Source: Chiloscyllium plagiosum
Lineage: Eukaryota
Length of the DNA stretch: 61,520 nt
NCBI RefSeq assembly: GCF_004010195.1
Contig: NC_057719.1
Coordinates: forward strand, 25,864,377-25,925,896
Reading direction: 5' to 3'
Part shown: in pieces, positions 37,463 to 50,575 of the stretch
Position numbering within the stretch: position 1 is the stretch's first letter
Layout: every line of letters starts with the position of its first letter
The notes under the pieces: model-generated
The model's database searches: none
Told to the model about the DNA's origin: nothing
Seen by the model: the letters and a program-made list of their open reading frames with translations, nothing else
Made by a program: the position numbers and the translations under genes

Positions 37463-38615
37463 GAATCATAGAGTTTGTACAGCACAGAAAGAGGCCCTTC
37501 AACCTTGTCACCAAACATCCACCTTTTCTAATCCCATTTTCCAGCGCTTGGCTCATAACCTTGTATGCCACTGGATTTAAAATGCTCATCTAAATAATCA
37601 TAGAGTCATAGAGATGTAATGCATGGAAACAGACCCTTTGGACCAACTCATTCATGCCGATCAGATATACTAACCTAATCCAGTCTCATTTACTTGACTC
37701 ATATCATACTTGTATTCATATATCCGTCCAGATGCCTTTTCAATGTTGTAATTGTACCAGCCTCCACAACTTCCTCTGGCAGCTCATTCCATACAGGCAT
37801 CACCTTTTGCATCCTTAAATTTCTTGAGGGTTCTCACTTCTACTACCCATTTAAATAGTGAAGTCCAGATACCCACAGTCTCTGGGAGGAAGAAATTTTC
37901 TTCACATCCTTTCTAAATATTCTGCTGCTTACTTTCAAACTGTGCTCCTTGGCTAATTACCCCTCTGCTAAGGGGAAATGTTTCAACTTATCTGCTCTGT
38001 TCATGCGCCTCAGAATTTTGTATGACTCAATGAATTCCCCTCTCAGCCTTCTCTGCTCTCGCGAAAATATTCCAAGCCTATCTAGTCTCTCCTCATCACC
38101 AAATCACTCCAGCCCAGGCAACATCCTGGTGAATCTCTTCTGTTCCCTCTCTACTGCATTCAAATCTTTCCTATAGAGTGGCAACCATAACTTCACACTG
38201 TAGTCCAGCTGTGGTTGAACTAATGTTACATTCAGTTCCATCATACCCATCTTGCTCTTGTATTCAGTGCCTTGACTAATAAAGGCTAAAATCCCATAGG
38301 CCTGCTTAACTATGTTATCTACCTGTGTTGCTGCCTTCAAGGATCTATGGACATGCACATTAAGGTCCCTCTGATCCTCTGTACTTCAAACGATCCTACT
38401 CTTTAATGTGTGCTCCCTTGCCTATTTCGTCCTCCGAAAATGTACCCCCCGCACATTTTTGAGGATTAAATTCCATTTGCCACCATTCAGCCCAACTACA
38501 TCATTCTGTTGTTTTTCCTTTTCGCTACTTACCACACCATCAATTTTCATGTCATTTGTGAACTTAATTATCATACTTCCTCCATTCTTGTTTAAATCAT
38601 TAATGTATTTTGTAA
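37463..38615 (-). mobile_element. Decayed CR1 3' region with a second CR1 tail nested at ~37598-37812
   Basis: Encodes LVQPQLDYSVKLWLPLYRKDLNAVEREQKRFTRMLPG and IIKFTNDMKI. Confidence 0.75.
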
Positions 38616-39644
38616 TGTAATACATGACTCAGTGAAAACTGGGGTCCTCCATTCAGGTTCTTGTTGCCAATTATCCTAAATCTATTGCCTCCAGTGATCA
38701 ACTCAGTATCAATGAAATGAATTATCTTCATTCATGCTATCAAAACTCCTGATTTTTTTAATGCATTTCTTAAATCTCTTCATTACCTCCTCTAAATTAA
38801 GAGGCATAATTCCAACTTCCCCAGTCTTGCCAACTTTGCAGAATTGAAGAGATGCTTCAGCTGAGATTGCAGTATGAGTGTTCCTTCCATTTAACATACA
38901 CATGAATTAAATGTTATGAAATACTATCCTTTCTTCTATTCAGCTCCTGCTGCTTTAGGTATGATGGTTGAAAATATCAGGGCCTACCTTCTATACTTGA
39001 CCAGTATTGTCAACTTGGAACAAGCAAGAGACTGTGTAAACATATTAAAGTCCACATTGCCTTTTTCTGCCTGAAAACACTTACAAAATGATGCAAGATC
39101 TCTATTTCACTGTTACAATGTATGATAAAATTTACAGGGGTTGTACAAGATTTAGATTTAGATTTTCTTTATCACATGTACTCAAGTATAGGGATATAGT
39201 GAAGAGTGTATAATGTCCATCTTAGGTACAAAGGTACCTAGGTGCAAAAATTTAAGTACAGGTTAGTAAAAGAAACAAAGTTAAGAAAGTTAAGCATTAT
39301 CTTCATAAATGGAGTAGAAAAATGAAAAAAAGGGCATAATTAACATTAAAGTGCTTCAAGTGCTTCTTAATATAAACTAGAAAAAGAAAGGAATAAAGTT
39401 AAAAGATCAGCAGTCTTTGATGATTCCTCCACCTAGCTCACTTTCCTGGAGACCTCAGTTACCTTTTCACAACACAGCGGATTCCAGGGGACCTCCCTCA
39501 CTGCTTACTCTTCCTGTGTTGGGCCATGATGCCAATGTTGCTGTTGTTGCCGCTGAAGCTGCTGCCTCCCCGATCTCCTCCTGCTGCCTCCAGAACCTGC
39601 CCAGGCAGGACTCACTTGCCACACCTAGATACTGCCATGTAGGG

Positions 39645-40520
39645 CCGAGAGACTATCATAGGCCACTAAGAGACAGGACCGGGAGACAACCATGGACCGC
39701 CAAGAGACCAGGCCAGGAGACCTCCATGGGCCACCAAGAGACCGGGGTGGAGACCACCGTGGGCCGCTGAGAAACCGGGCCGGAGACCACCATGGGCCGC
39801 CGAGATACTCGGCCGGAGACTACCATGGGCCACCGAGAGACTGGGCCGGAGACCACCATGGGCCGCCGAGATACTAGGCCGGAGACCAACATGGGCCGCC
39901 GAGATACGAGGCCGGAGACCACCATGGGCCACCGAGAGACTGGGCTGGAGACCACCATGGGCCGCCGAGATACTAGGCCAGAGACCACCATGGGCCACCA
40001 AGAGACTGGGCCGGAGACCACCATGGGCCACCGAGAGACTGGGCCGGAGACCACCATGGGCCACCACGAGACTGGGCTGGAGACCACCATGGGCCGCCGA
40101 GATACTAGGCCGGAGACCACCATGAGCTGCCGAGGGACTGGGCCGGAGACCACCATGGGCCACCGAGGGACTGGGCCAGGAGACCCCCATGGGCTGCCGA
40201 GAGACTGGGCCGGAGATGACCATGGGCCGCTGAGGGACTGGGCTGGAGACGACCATGGGCCACCGAGCGACTGGGCCTGAGACCACCATGGGCCACTGAG
40301 GGACTGGGGCTGAGACCACCATGGGCCACTGAGGGACTGGGCTGGAGACCACCATGGGCCACCGAGGGACTGGGCCTGAGACCACCATGGGCCACCAAGG
40401 GACTGGGCCAGGAGACCACCATGGGCCGCTGAGGGACTGGGCCTGAGACCACCATGGGCCGCCGAGGGACTGGGCCTGAGACCACCATGTGCTGCTGAGA
40501 GACCAGGCTGAGACATCACC
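39645..40520. repeat. GC-rich minisatellite (VNTR), ~33-bp unit, roughly 26 copies
   Basis: Unit is approximately GAGACCACCATGGGCCACCGAGAGACTGGGCCG, with 32- and 34-bp variants. It produces the 11-aa periodic ORFs in the track. Confidence 0.95.
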
Positions 40521-41036
40521 ACATGCCGCCAAGAAACTGGGCAGAGAGGACGCCTCACCAGAGAGAAGGAAGAAAGAAACAAATGAGGAAGAACTAGATG
40601 GAGCAGTTGAGCGACGGCTGGTTAAGGTCCATCAACTCATTAACAAAACCAGCTGACTCTAAACAAGGCCAGAGATAATATACTCTGGATGGGTCACAAT
40701 TCTGCCCCTCACTGAGAAGAAGTTCCACCTCAGCCCCAGCCCTGAATACATAGAATTTCTAGGAAGAAGGGGACATGAAAACTTCAGTGAAGGTACTGAC
40801 TAGACAATGGACAAAGAGGTATTGGGAAGCCGATGGAGGGATTGAGGGCAGTGGGTGTCTGGGTTTTGAAGCCTAGCCAGTAGGTACAGTGGGGGAGGGA
40901 TATGGTGTGCGATCATGCTGGGAAAGGTTTGGGGTTGTGGGGTGTGCGTCCCTGATGGTGAAGATTGAATGGATAATGTCTTACAGCAGCAAAGGCAGAC
41001 TTAGAACCTTAACTAGGCAGTAAATGGCCTCAACAG

Positions 41037-41172
41037 GTTAAATTGCCCATAGTATTAGGTGCATTAGTCAAAGGGAAATGTGTCTGGATGTGTTATTCTT
41101 CGGAGGGTCGGTGTGGACTTGTTGGGCCAAAGGGCCTGTTTCCACAATGTAGGGAATCTAATCTAATCTAAC
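41037..41172 (+). mobile_element. HE1 SINE 3' fragment
   Basis: taaattgcccatagt...gggccaaagggcctgtttccac...(aatct)3. Confidence 0.75.
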
Positions 41173-42769
41173 ACATCCATTCCCTCACTACCTGCCATAT
41201 TAGGGGGATCTGGTTAGGGATGGGCAGGAAGCCTGTGGACCATAAAATCTAGCCCTTTGTTAAAGTTTGTTTAATGATGTAATGTCTTATCTATTGAGGA
41301 AGGGATTACACTGGGAACTCTGTTCATCTGTATTAACAGGAACTTAGTACACGATGGTGCTTAAATATATATTTTTAAGCTGCGACTTTGTTTTTTTTAG
41401 TGTTGTATTTTTACCTACAAGAATGCAAAATATGATGAAATCACGCCTCGACAACAAGTCTAATAAATACAAAATTGCAAGAAAAAGCATAGTTCAATCA
41501 TTTGCAAGTTTTCACCAATGCAGAATGTGTTTGGAAAATATTGGGACATACAGCAACACATTCAATACAATGCTGGACAGGGGTGCTGCAAACTAAGAGA
41601 CATCCATGTGCAAAGTGAAGAGTTCTATGATGGTCACCAATATAAAGTTAGTTAGATGCCCAGTCTTGAGTTGCTAGACATTATTCAATGTCTGTCCCAT
41701 TTAGCATTAAATACTATAGTGTCTAGAAAAGCTTTTGTTGTGTATTATGACTTTCATGTTAATGGATGTTTGATCATCACTGAGGATGTCGATGAATTAT
41801 TCGAAATCTGCTTTTGTATTTCATAGAAGTGTCTCGTACATCAACATCACCAGAAAGTAGTGTTATAATGTAAGTGCACCAGATAATAAAACAGTTTGTG
41901 AGAATGAAAATGTACCCCCTCAAAATCAAAAGTACCCTTCAAGAGGAATCCTCAAAAAGAAAAATGGTGCCCAGGTATATGTTTCATTTGCAGCTCAGCT
42001 TGAGTGCCAGTAAGTGATCCTGCATCGAAATAGTGTTACAATTAATTTATTCATACAGCCCTTTGAAAAAGTGAATATGGCAAACCATTCTTTACAATTT
42101 TCAGCTTAAGAGAGTGGTCTGCTGCAATATGAGTTTTCATGATTAATAATAAGAGACGATGTAGGGGCATTATGCGGACTAGCAGCAGGCCTCGACTCAG
42201 TGGCACTCGTCTTATTTCAAAGAATGGGAGGATTCCAGACTCTCTGAGCATTTCAGCACACAGGGTCAACCCTTAACTCTCAAAAACAGGCGGATTAGGA
42301 TGATGTCCAAAGTCAAAAAGCAAAAGACCTTAAACAGGTAAAACTCTTACCTCAAATTTCACCATTTTGGCTTTGAATGGAAGCAAGACAGAAGTGGTAA
42401 CTGATCCACTCACAGGAAGCCAGTTGTTCATTTAAATATCACTCACCTCCTTCATGCTGGGGACAAAGCAGGGAAGTACAGGTGAGATCAGCCATGTTTT
42501 CATTGAATGGCAGAGCAGACTTGATGGGCTGAGTGATCTACTTCCACTATTACATGTTATTGTCTTAATGGTTATTCTATGCCTAATTATAGGTTGGATC
42601 CTGCACCTCAGGAAACTCACGAGCCTTAAGGAGGAGAGAGATTGTATTCACCAGACAGGTGCTTGACTGTACTGCGTGTGGGCCAGTGTGAGCAGACAAC
42701 AAATTACCCACTAACTGTCTTTTAACCACTGGACCCCTCCAGGCCATTGCCCAATACTTTCCACTGCTA

Positions 42770-43595
42770 AACTGGGTCTGCTGCAGGTGGTGAGGGAACC
42801 AACAAGAGGGAAAAATATACTTGACCTCATCCTTACCAATCTGCCAGCTGCAGATGCATCTGTCCATGACAGTGTCAGTAACAGTGACCACCGCACAGTC
42901 CTTCTGGAGATGAAATCATGCCTTCATGTTGAGAATAACCTCCATCGTGTTGTGTGGCACTATCACCATGTTAAGTGGGACAGACTTCGAACAAATCTCG
43001 TAACTCAAGATTGGGCATCCATGAGGTGCTGTGGGCCATCAACAGCAGCAGAACTGTACTCCAGCTCAATCTGTAACCTCATGGCCTGGCATATCCCCCA
43101 CTCAACCAATACCATCAAGCCAATTACTGGGGGTCACAAGTTCAAAGTGAGAGGGGAAAATTTAGGGTTGATGTATCTGGTAAAGTTCTTCACGCAGAGT
43201 ATGGTGGGTGCCTGGAATGCGTTGCCAGTGGAGGTGGTAGGGATGGGAATGATAGTGTCATTTAAGATGTATCTAGACAGATACATGAATGGGCTGGGAG
43301 CAAAGGGACACAGGTCCTTACAAAATAAGCGGCAGATTTAGATAGAGGATATGGATCAGTGCAGGTTTGGAGCGCTGAAAGGCCTGCACCTATGCTGTAA
43401 TGTTCTTTGTTCTCTGTTCTAAGCCAAGCGATCAAGCCTGGTTCAATGGAGAGTGCAGGAAGACATGCCAGGAACAGTAACAGGCATACCTGAAAATGAG
43501 GTGTCAATCTGGCGAAGCTCCCAAACAGGACTACTTGCATGCCAAACAGCATAAACAGCACGTGCTAGACAGAGCTAAGCAATCTCACAACCAAC
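42770..43595 (+). mobile_element. LINE EN fragment interrupted by a CR1 3' end (~43123-43420)
   Basis: VREPTRGKNILDLILTN..SDHRTV switches to TGGHKFKVRG...AWNALP, then the first element resumes at aagccaagcgatcaagcctggttc. Confidence 0.8.
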
Positions 43596-44278
43596 AGGAG
43601 CCCTGGCTGATAGATAAAAAAATGGAGTGTCAATACTATTCTGACACTCTGAGAGCTGGCTCTGAGGAAGCTTGACCAGTATCAAGGACTTTCCACGTGC
43701 AAATAAAGGGTGATGGGATACCGTAACCGTAGCGAAGTCATAAAGAACAGCAGAAGAAATCCAGCAGGATATTCAGGAAACAAGAACCTGAGTTTCCCAG
43801 TCACATAGCAGCCAACCACACAGGATGAGCCTCCAGCCTAAAATTCTGACTACGTCATATGAGTGTAGTTCAGAGGAAGATTGATTCAGATAAGTGCTGA
43901 TTAAACATCATCCTTGTATTGAATTTCCTCCCAAAATATGCAGGACACTGGGGGAAAAAGTTCAGGTGGCTGCTTGAAGCTAAAAAAGGCAGAATACATG
44001 ATGAAAAGAATCTCAGTCATTTTACACTTTTAACCTTAAGTATTATAATTTCTTAACAACATGATTTTGGTAATTGATTAATAACCATTTTGTACGCAGT
44101 ACAGACAGTATCTTCTTCCCTACCTGGGCTCTTAAGTTGCTTTGTCATCACTAACTTTACTCAATCTTCCAAGTGGAAATTTTGCAAAGTGGTCAAAATA
44201 AGGATTATTCATTAAATTAAAAAGCAATTATCTGATCAAAAAAAATCACAACAGTTTTCCGGAATGGACTTTTATTTT

Positions 44279-44913
44279 TTTTCTTCTTCTTTTCCTTTAA
44301 CCCCCACACTACCGCCTAACTGCGGTGGTGCTTATTTTTTCCCCAGCAACAATGGTGTGTGTGTGTGTAGGTGTGAGACACAGTCAGAGACATAAGGTGT
44401 ATGAATCTTTATTCAATTTCCACCACCAGGAAGATAGGAAAACACCTGGGTGGCCAATGACAAACACTGCCCTTCACATCAAGGGCAGTGCTGTGTGATC
44501 AAAACAGTGAAGGGGAGGGTAGGGACTAAATCAAAATAGAGTTGGAGGGAGAAATAATGCACTCCACTCCCTGCGGCGCCCACCTCTCCCTGAACAACTC
44601 CAGGGTGTTGGTGGATACCGCGTGCTCCTTCTCCAAGGACACCCGGGCCTTAACGTAACCGCGGAAGAGGGTCAGGCAGTCAGTTCTAACGACCCCCTCC
44701 ACGGCCCGCTGCCTGGACCTGTTGATGGCCAGTTTGGCCAGGCCCAGGAGCAGACCCACGAGGAGGTCTTCAGACCTGCCCTACTTCCTCTGTACCGGGT
44801 GCCCGAAGATCAGGAGCGTGGGACTGCATATTAATGTGGTTAGGTATATTGTTAATAAGGGATCCCCGAGAGAAAGGGGGAGGACTCCCGTGTAGAGAGC
44901 CCTCCACTGGGGA
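44279..44913 (-). mobile_element. Young 5'-truncated Tx1/L1-clade insertion
   Basis: Encodes PQWRALYTGVLPLSLGD and LLLGLAKLAINRSRQ...FRERW. A-rich 3' tail, 18-bp TSD ggaatggacttttatttt (44261-44278 and 44914-44931), CpGs retained. Confidence 0.82.
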
Positions 44914-45776
44914 GGAATGGACTTTTATTTTGTGTAATCTGATTACAGTGGGCAACAGTGAAATTACTGAAATCACTGGAGATGTAAGAGGTGAGGATTG
45001 ACGAGATGCTGATTAATGCATAAACTCATCCATGTTCTGTTAAACCAGCAGGAACAGAATTATTTCCCTGAGCATCCAAATGACATTTCACCTGTAATTG
45101 TCATCAATTAGGGAAAGGTGCTCAAACACTCCTAGTTTCTTGGGTTGCAACTTTATTGAATTACTAAATAATCAATATCCATTAAATTAAACCCTGACTA
45201 ATACTATACAGCCTGTTAGAACTGACCCTTATAAACATTGGCACGAAGTTAACAACAATTGAAGTGAAATGCTGCATAATTAAAAGTCCTTTGCTAACTC
45301 CTGGTGAATGTTTCAGTAATTTATCTAGTTACAATGGTTCACATTCATAATTTGCTCATTTTGTGAAAAGGAGGGCAAACAGGGCAAACAGCCTTCGGAA
45401 AAGCATTCCGAAGAGTAAGGGTGCAGTGGTGAAGTAAGCAAAAGTTCATCCAGAGCTGAAGGAGGTAATGAGAAAGAACATAGAAGAGGAAGGAAGCAGG
45501 AAGGAAGAGGAAGGTAGGAAGGTTCTTATTTACATGGCACTTTTCATGGCTACCAAATGTGTCAAAGTACTTTACAGCCAATAAAGCAGCGGTTTTGATG
45601 GCTGCGTTTATTGTGAAGCTACTATTAGGTGGAGCAGAAACACAAAATGGCAGCTGCCCACAAACTAAACTGCCCACATTATTATTGTATGGCAGATGTA
45701 CAAACAATAAAACAAATAGATACAACTACAATATCCTCTTGGTGAGGAGCAAATAGGTTTCTTTATACAAAGATTG

Positions 45777-46122
45777 GGGTGGGCACAGCGGCTCATTGGT
45801 TAGCACTACTGCCTCACACATCAGGGACCCAGGTTCGATTCCACCCTCAGGCAACTGTCTGTGTGGAGTTTGCACATTCTCCCCGTGTCTGCATGGGTTT
45901 CCTCTGGGTGCTCCGGTTTCCTCCCACAGTCCAAAGATGTGCAGGTTCAATGGATTGGCCATGCTAAATTGCCCATAGTGTCCAGTGTTGTGTAGGCTGG
46001 TGGAGCAGCCATGAGAAATGCAAGAATAGAGTGGGAGGGTTGGGTCTGATGGGGATGCTCTTTGAAGGTGTCAGTATGGACTCAATGAGCCGAATGGCCT
46101 ACTTCCACACTCTCGGGATTCT
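45777..46122 (+). mobile_element. HE1-like V-SINE, near full length
   Basis: Head with B box GGTTCGATTCC, core and tail all present. Confidence 0.88.
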
Positions 46123-46591
46123 TAAAAGATGTGCCAGCATGATCAATTCAGTTTAGCCTCCCAACTCCAGGAAGGAACCTTCCCCAGGCAATATGGCAGC
46201 TGGAGAGGGTCAGGGTGTCTAGGTGGCGGTGGTGGTAGGGTTGGCATGGTGAGAGCACGGGAGGCTGTGGAGACCAGCTCTGCAGGCACCACCACATCTG
46301 CTCAGCAAGGTGCAGTCTCCACCTTCCCCTCCTCACCACCCAGGGACATCAGCAACATTTCCTTCATCTCTTCGCAGCCAGTTGCTATCTCAGGCGACAT
46401 CTGTACATGCATGTGGCCCATTTTGCTGTTCTTTTATATATAGCATAGCCATCATTGAAAAGTAGGAGATACACAACCAATATATCCTCAGCAAACTCAC
46501 ACAAACAGCTACATTATAATGACCAGATTATCTCTTATTACGAATGCTAATTGAGGGATAAATATTGGGCAGGAGACTAGAGATAGCACTG

Positions 46592-48200
46592 ACTCATAGA
46601 GCTGTTACAGTGCAAAAAGAGGCCATACAATCCATTCTATCTACACTCTCTGAATGAGTGCCATGACTTATGGCTATGTTCCTGCGCTTTGCCCATGATC
46701 CTGTGCATTATTTCTATTTAAACAATCATCTAACGCTGTCCTGAATGCCTCGGTTGAACTTGCCTTCACCACACTTCCAAGCAGCGCATTCCAGAACTGA
46801 ACCACTCCACGTGTGAATTTTCTTTCCTCGCGTCACACTTACTGCTTTCACATCGTTTTAAAACCGTGCCTTCAAATTCTTGATCCTTTTAAGAACAAGG
46901 ACAGTTTTTCCTGTCTACACCATCCTGATCTTAATCAAACCTCCTCTTAGCCTTCTGTCTAAGGAACAGTCCCAACGTCTTTGATCTACCTGAGTAACTG
47001 AGACTTCTCATCCCTGGCATCATTCTTGTAAACTGCTTCTGCAATTTCTCCCTTGGGTTCACATCCTTCCAAAAGGGTGGTACCTAGAACTGTACATAAC
47101 CCTGCTGCTGAGTTCTGACTAATGTCTGACATAGATTCTGTCTAACCTCCCTGTTCTCATATGCCATGGAAGTATTAATGAAGCTTAGGACACTGTAGGT
47201 GTCTTTTTCCCTTCATTTTACTCTTTATTTTGTCTTACCATGTTTTTTCTACCAAAATGTATCATCTCACAATTCTCTGCACTGAACTTCATCTGTCACC
47301 TACCCACTCATTTCAAAATCTTGTCAACGTCCTTTTGATGTTCCACACCATCCTCCTCACAGTGTGCAATCTTTCCAAGTTTTGTACCATCTGCAAACTT
47401 TGATATTGTTCCTTGCATTTCAAGACTGAGATCATTCACATAAATCAAGAAAAGTAAGGATTCAATCTGGCTTCTGGAGATTAATGTTACAAACTTCCAC
47501 CCAGCCTGTAAAATATCACTCACCATTACTTTATGTACCCTAACATAGAATCATTGAATCCCTACAATGTGAAAGTAGGCCATTCAGCCCATTGAAACCA
47601 CACTGACCCTCCAAAGAGCATCCCACCTTGACTTGCTCCATAGCCTATCCCTGTAACCCTGCATTCCCATGGCTAATCCAGCTAGTCCTAGAGATTTAAC
47701 TTTCCTCACATGTTTGTTGTGTGGCACTGTATCTAATGCCTTTGGAAGTCCATATTCATCACATAAGCAATTGAAGAGTGCTTGCCCCTCTCTGGCTTAA
47801 ACACCACCACTAACCCAGTCTGCCTGTATGCAAGCAATTAATGATCCCATTACTACCACCCTATAATGCTTTTCGCTCTCTATAATTACTTTGCAGATTT
47901 GTTCCTTCACACTAGTTAACAGTCTGTCGACCAAGCTTATAATTGCCTCGTTCTCTTCCTTAGTTCTAATTGATTCTGTCCTTGAAACATCCTGTTTCTT
48001 CAGTATTTCATTGCTCTCCATAACCAAGACTGCCACCTTCCTTTTCTTTCTGTCCTATCTTTCCTGAATATCAAGTAGACACCCTCTCCTGTCCTTCCTT
48101 GGGTCAGATCTCTGTTACTGCCACAATTTCATATGGCAATCTGTTCCTGTAACTTAATTATATTTACGATACTCCATGTGTTCACATAAATGCAGTGTAA
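46592..48200 (-). mobile_element. Decayed CR1 LINE with a SINE/LINE tail inserted at ~47545-47685
   Basis: Encodes LFLIYVNDL..ISKFADGTKLG; degenerate EN sequence near 47800-48000. Confidence 0.65.
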
Positions 48201-48847
48201 CCCTGATTTGAAATGTTTAATGTTCACTCATTACAACCCTACTTATTAAGTTATTATTCTCTATTCGAGCACAATCTGTCTCTTCCAGTAATTTGAGCAC
48301 CCTGATATTACTTTCAAAAACTCCCTCAGGCAGAGGTAGTGTAAAGCTTCCTCAACAACACTGGCCAAATGCCCGACTACCTGCTTAATTCTCTCGGATG
48401 ACCTGGTGGCTGCCATTTCCCTATCTGCCTGTCTGCCTGCCCTTAGCCTGTCTGGCTACCTCTCTGAACATACTGTCCATATCATTCTCAGCCCTGCAGA
48501 TGCACAACTGTAACTCCAGTCACCACTCCAATTCTGAAACCTGATGTTACAATTTTTGCAACCGGTGACACTTAATGTATCTGTCTAATGTATCCACAAG
48601 CCACAGGATAGGAAGTCTGTAAGACCAAGCTATCTTGCCATAACATAAGCTTACCTTGTACTATCAACTAGAACCTGAAGCTTTGAGATTAATGAATTTA
48701 CCATTTTGTTTCTGTCATGTCACTCTTTGATTACTTTGTAATACAGCCCTCTTGCTTTCCAACTCCTGGTCTCCTGGATCCTGACAAATGTGGACAAAGA
48801 GAAAGAAGTAAAGCACTTTCCTCAACTGCTCACCAAAGCTCTGCTGG

Positions 48848-49405
48848 TCATAGAGTCATGCAGCACAGAAACAGACCCTTCGGTCCAACCAGTCCATGCC
48901 AACCATAATTCCAAACTAAACTAGTCCCACCTGCCTGCGCTTAGCCTATATCCCTCCTATTTCTTATTCATGAACTTATCCAAATGTCTTGTAAACAGTG
49001 TAACTTTACACATATCCATCACTTCATTTCACATGCAAACCACTCCATGTACAAAAAGGTTGCCCCATGTCTTTTTAAAATCTTTACCCTGTCACCTTAA
49101 AAATATGTTCTCTGGTCTCAAAATCCCCCACACTAGGGAAAAGACACCTGTCATTCACCTTATCTATGCCCCTCATTATTTTATTAGCCTCGATAAGGTC
49201 ACGCTCCAGTGAGAAAAACCACAGCCTATCCAGCCTTTCCATACCCGGCAACATCCTGGGAAATCTTTTCTGAACTGTCTCCAGCTTAATGATATCCTTG
49301 CTTTAACAGGGTGGCCATAACTAGACACTGTACTCCAGAAAAGGCCTAACCAACATCCTGTATGCCTCAACATGACTTCTCAACTCCTATACTCAAAGGT
49401 CTGAG
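48848..49405 (-). mobile_element. CR1 LINE 3' fragment
   Basis: Starts with the tail tcatagagtcat and has a typical CR1 3' ORF2 remnant. Confidence 0.8.
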
Positions 49406-49751
49406 CAAAGGTCTTTTTCAAAATGGTGCCTAGGTTGGAACCTTTGCACAAACTGAAGAAACAAGTGGAAGGTTCATTTACCATCTCACTAAAAAGACAT
49501 TACCTCCAGATTCTTCACTGTTGGATTTGATTTTTACCAGCATCCCTGAATATGTGGGATATGAACTCAGAGCTTATAACTTCGAAGCACTACCAACTGA
49601 GCCGCAAAGAGCTCTGCAGGGATATTGAGTTTATAATCAGAGACCTTCACCAACCTTATATAGTCATGCAATAGGAAGAAGTGAGGAGTGTAGTTTAGAG
49701 TATGTGACTGGACCATATTGTTAAGGTAAAGTGGCAAAAATTCATGGCAAG

Positions 49752-50092
49752 ATGGAGTGGCTCTGTGGTTAACACAGCTGCCTCACAGTGCTAGGGATCT
49801 GGGGTCAATTCCAGCCTCAAGTAACTGTGTGGAGTTTGCATGCTCTCCCAGTGTTTGCATGAGTTTCCTCCCACAATCCAAAGTTGTGTAGGTTAGATGG
49901 ATGGCCATGGTAAATTGCCTTGTAATATCCAGGGATGTGTAATCTAGGTGGATTCTCACCATGGTAAATGCCAGCTTATAGAGATAGGGTTGGGCGAGGA
50001 GGGTTCATTCTGGGTGGGATGCACTGTGGAGATTTGGTGCAGACTTGATGGGCTGAATGGCCCCTTTCTGTACTGTAAGGATTCTATGATTT
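49752..50092 (+). mobile_element. Diverged HE1-like V-SINE
   Basis: gtggctctgtggttaacacagctgcctcacagtgctaggga...ggattctatgatt. Confidence 0.78.
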
Positions 50093-50575
50093 TAAGATTT
50101 GACAGGAAACTTAACGTCAGTATAAAGGAGAAATTAAATTAGGTATGATTGGCAAAATCTGAAATATAGAACTTTAGGTAAGGAAAGGTATAGGGAATAG
50201 AGTTTATATTCAATGAAATCTGTACCAGACAGAGCCATCACTGAAGGTACTTTAGGAAGAAAATCTTCAAAGTGATTGTTGTCTATTGTACTGAGACAAG
50301 ATTAACATGTGGACTATTTTGAACAAATGTTCTAGATGATGTTGACAGATTCTCACTTCAATCTTCACCAGATATGTGAATGTACAACATGTCACAGCCC
50401 CAAGATCATACTTCTCCATATCACCTTGATGGTTCTTCATCATGACTTTCTGACCAGCACTGACCTCTAAGTTTCATGCGTCAGGTATCAGGGCACATCT
50501 TTACTTTGTCTTGCTTCTCTCTTACTTTGCTATTAATGTCAGACTTAGGTAAACAAAACCTTAACCGTTAACTGT

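Noticed and set aside
39656..40582. 308-, 288- and 162-aa ORFs as a repetitive protein gene, or the array as CRISPR
   Set aside because: The ORFs come from a stop-poor 33-bp unit and shift frame at 32/34-bp units. There are no unique spacers or cas genes, and the context is a vertebrate intron.
45777..45850. tRNA genes at SINE heads (also near 6400, 12522, 17400, 52535)
   Set aside because: They have A/B boxes but run directly into SINE core and tail sequence, with no complete cloverleaf.
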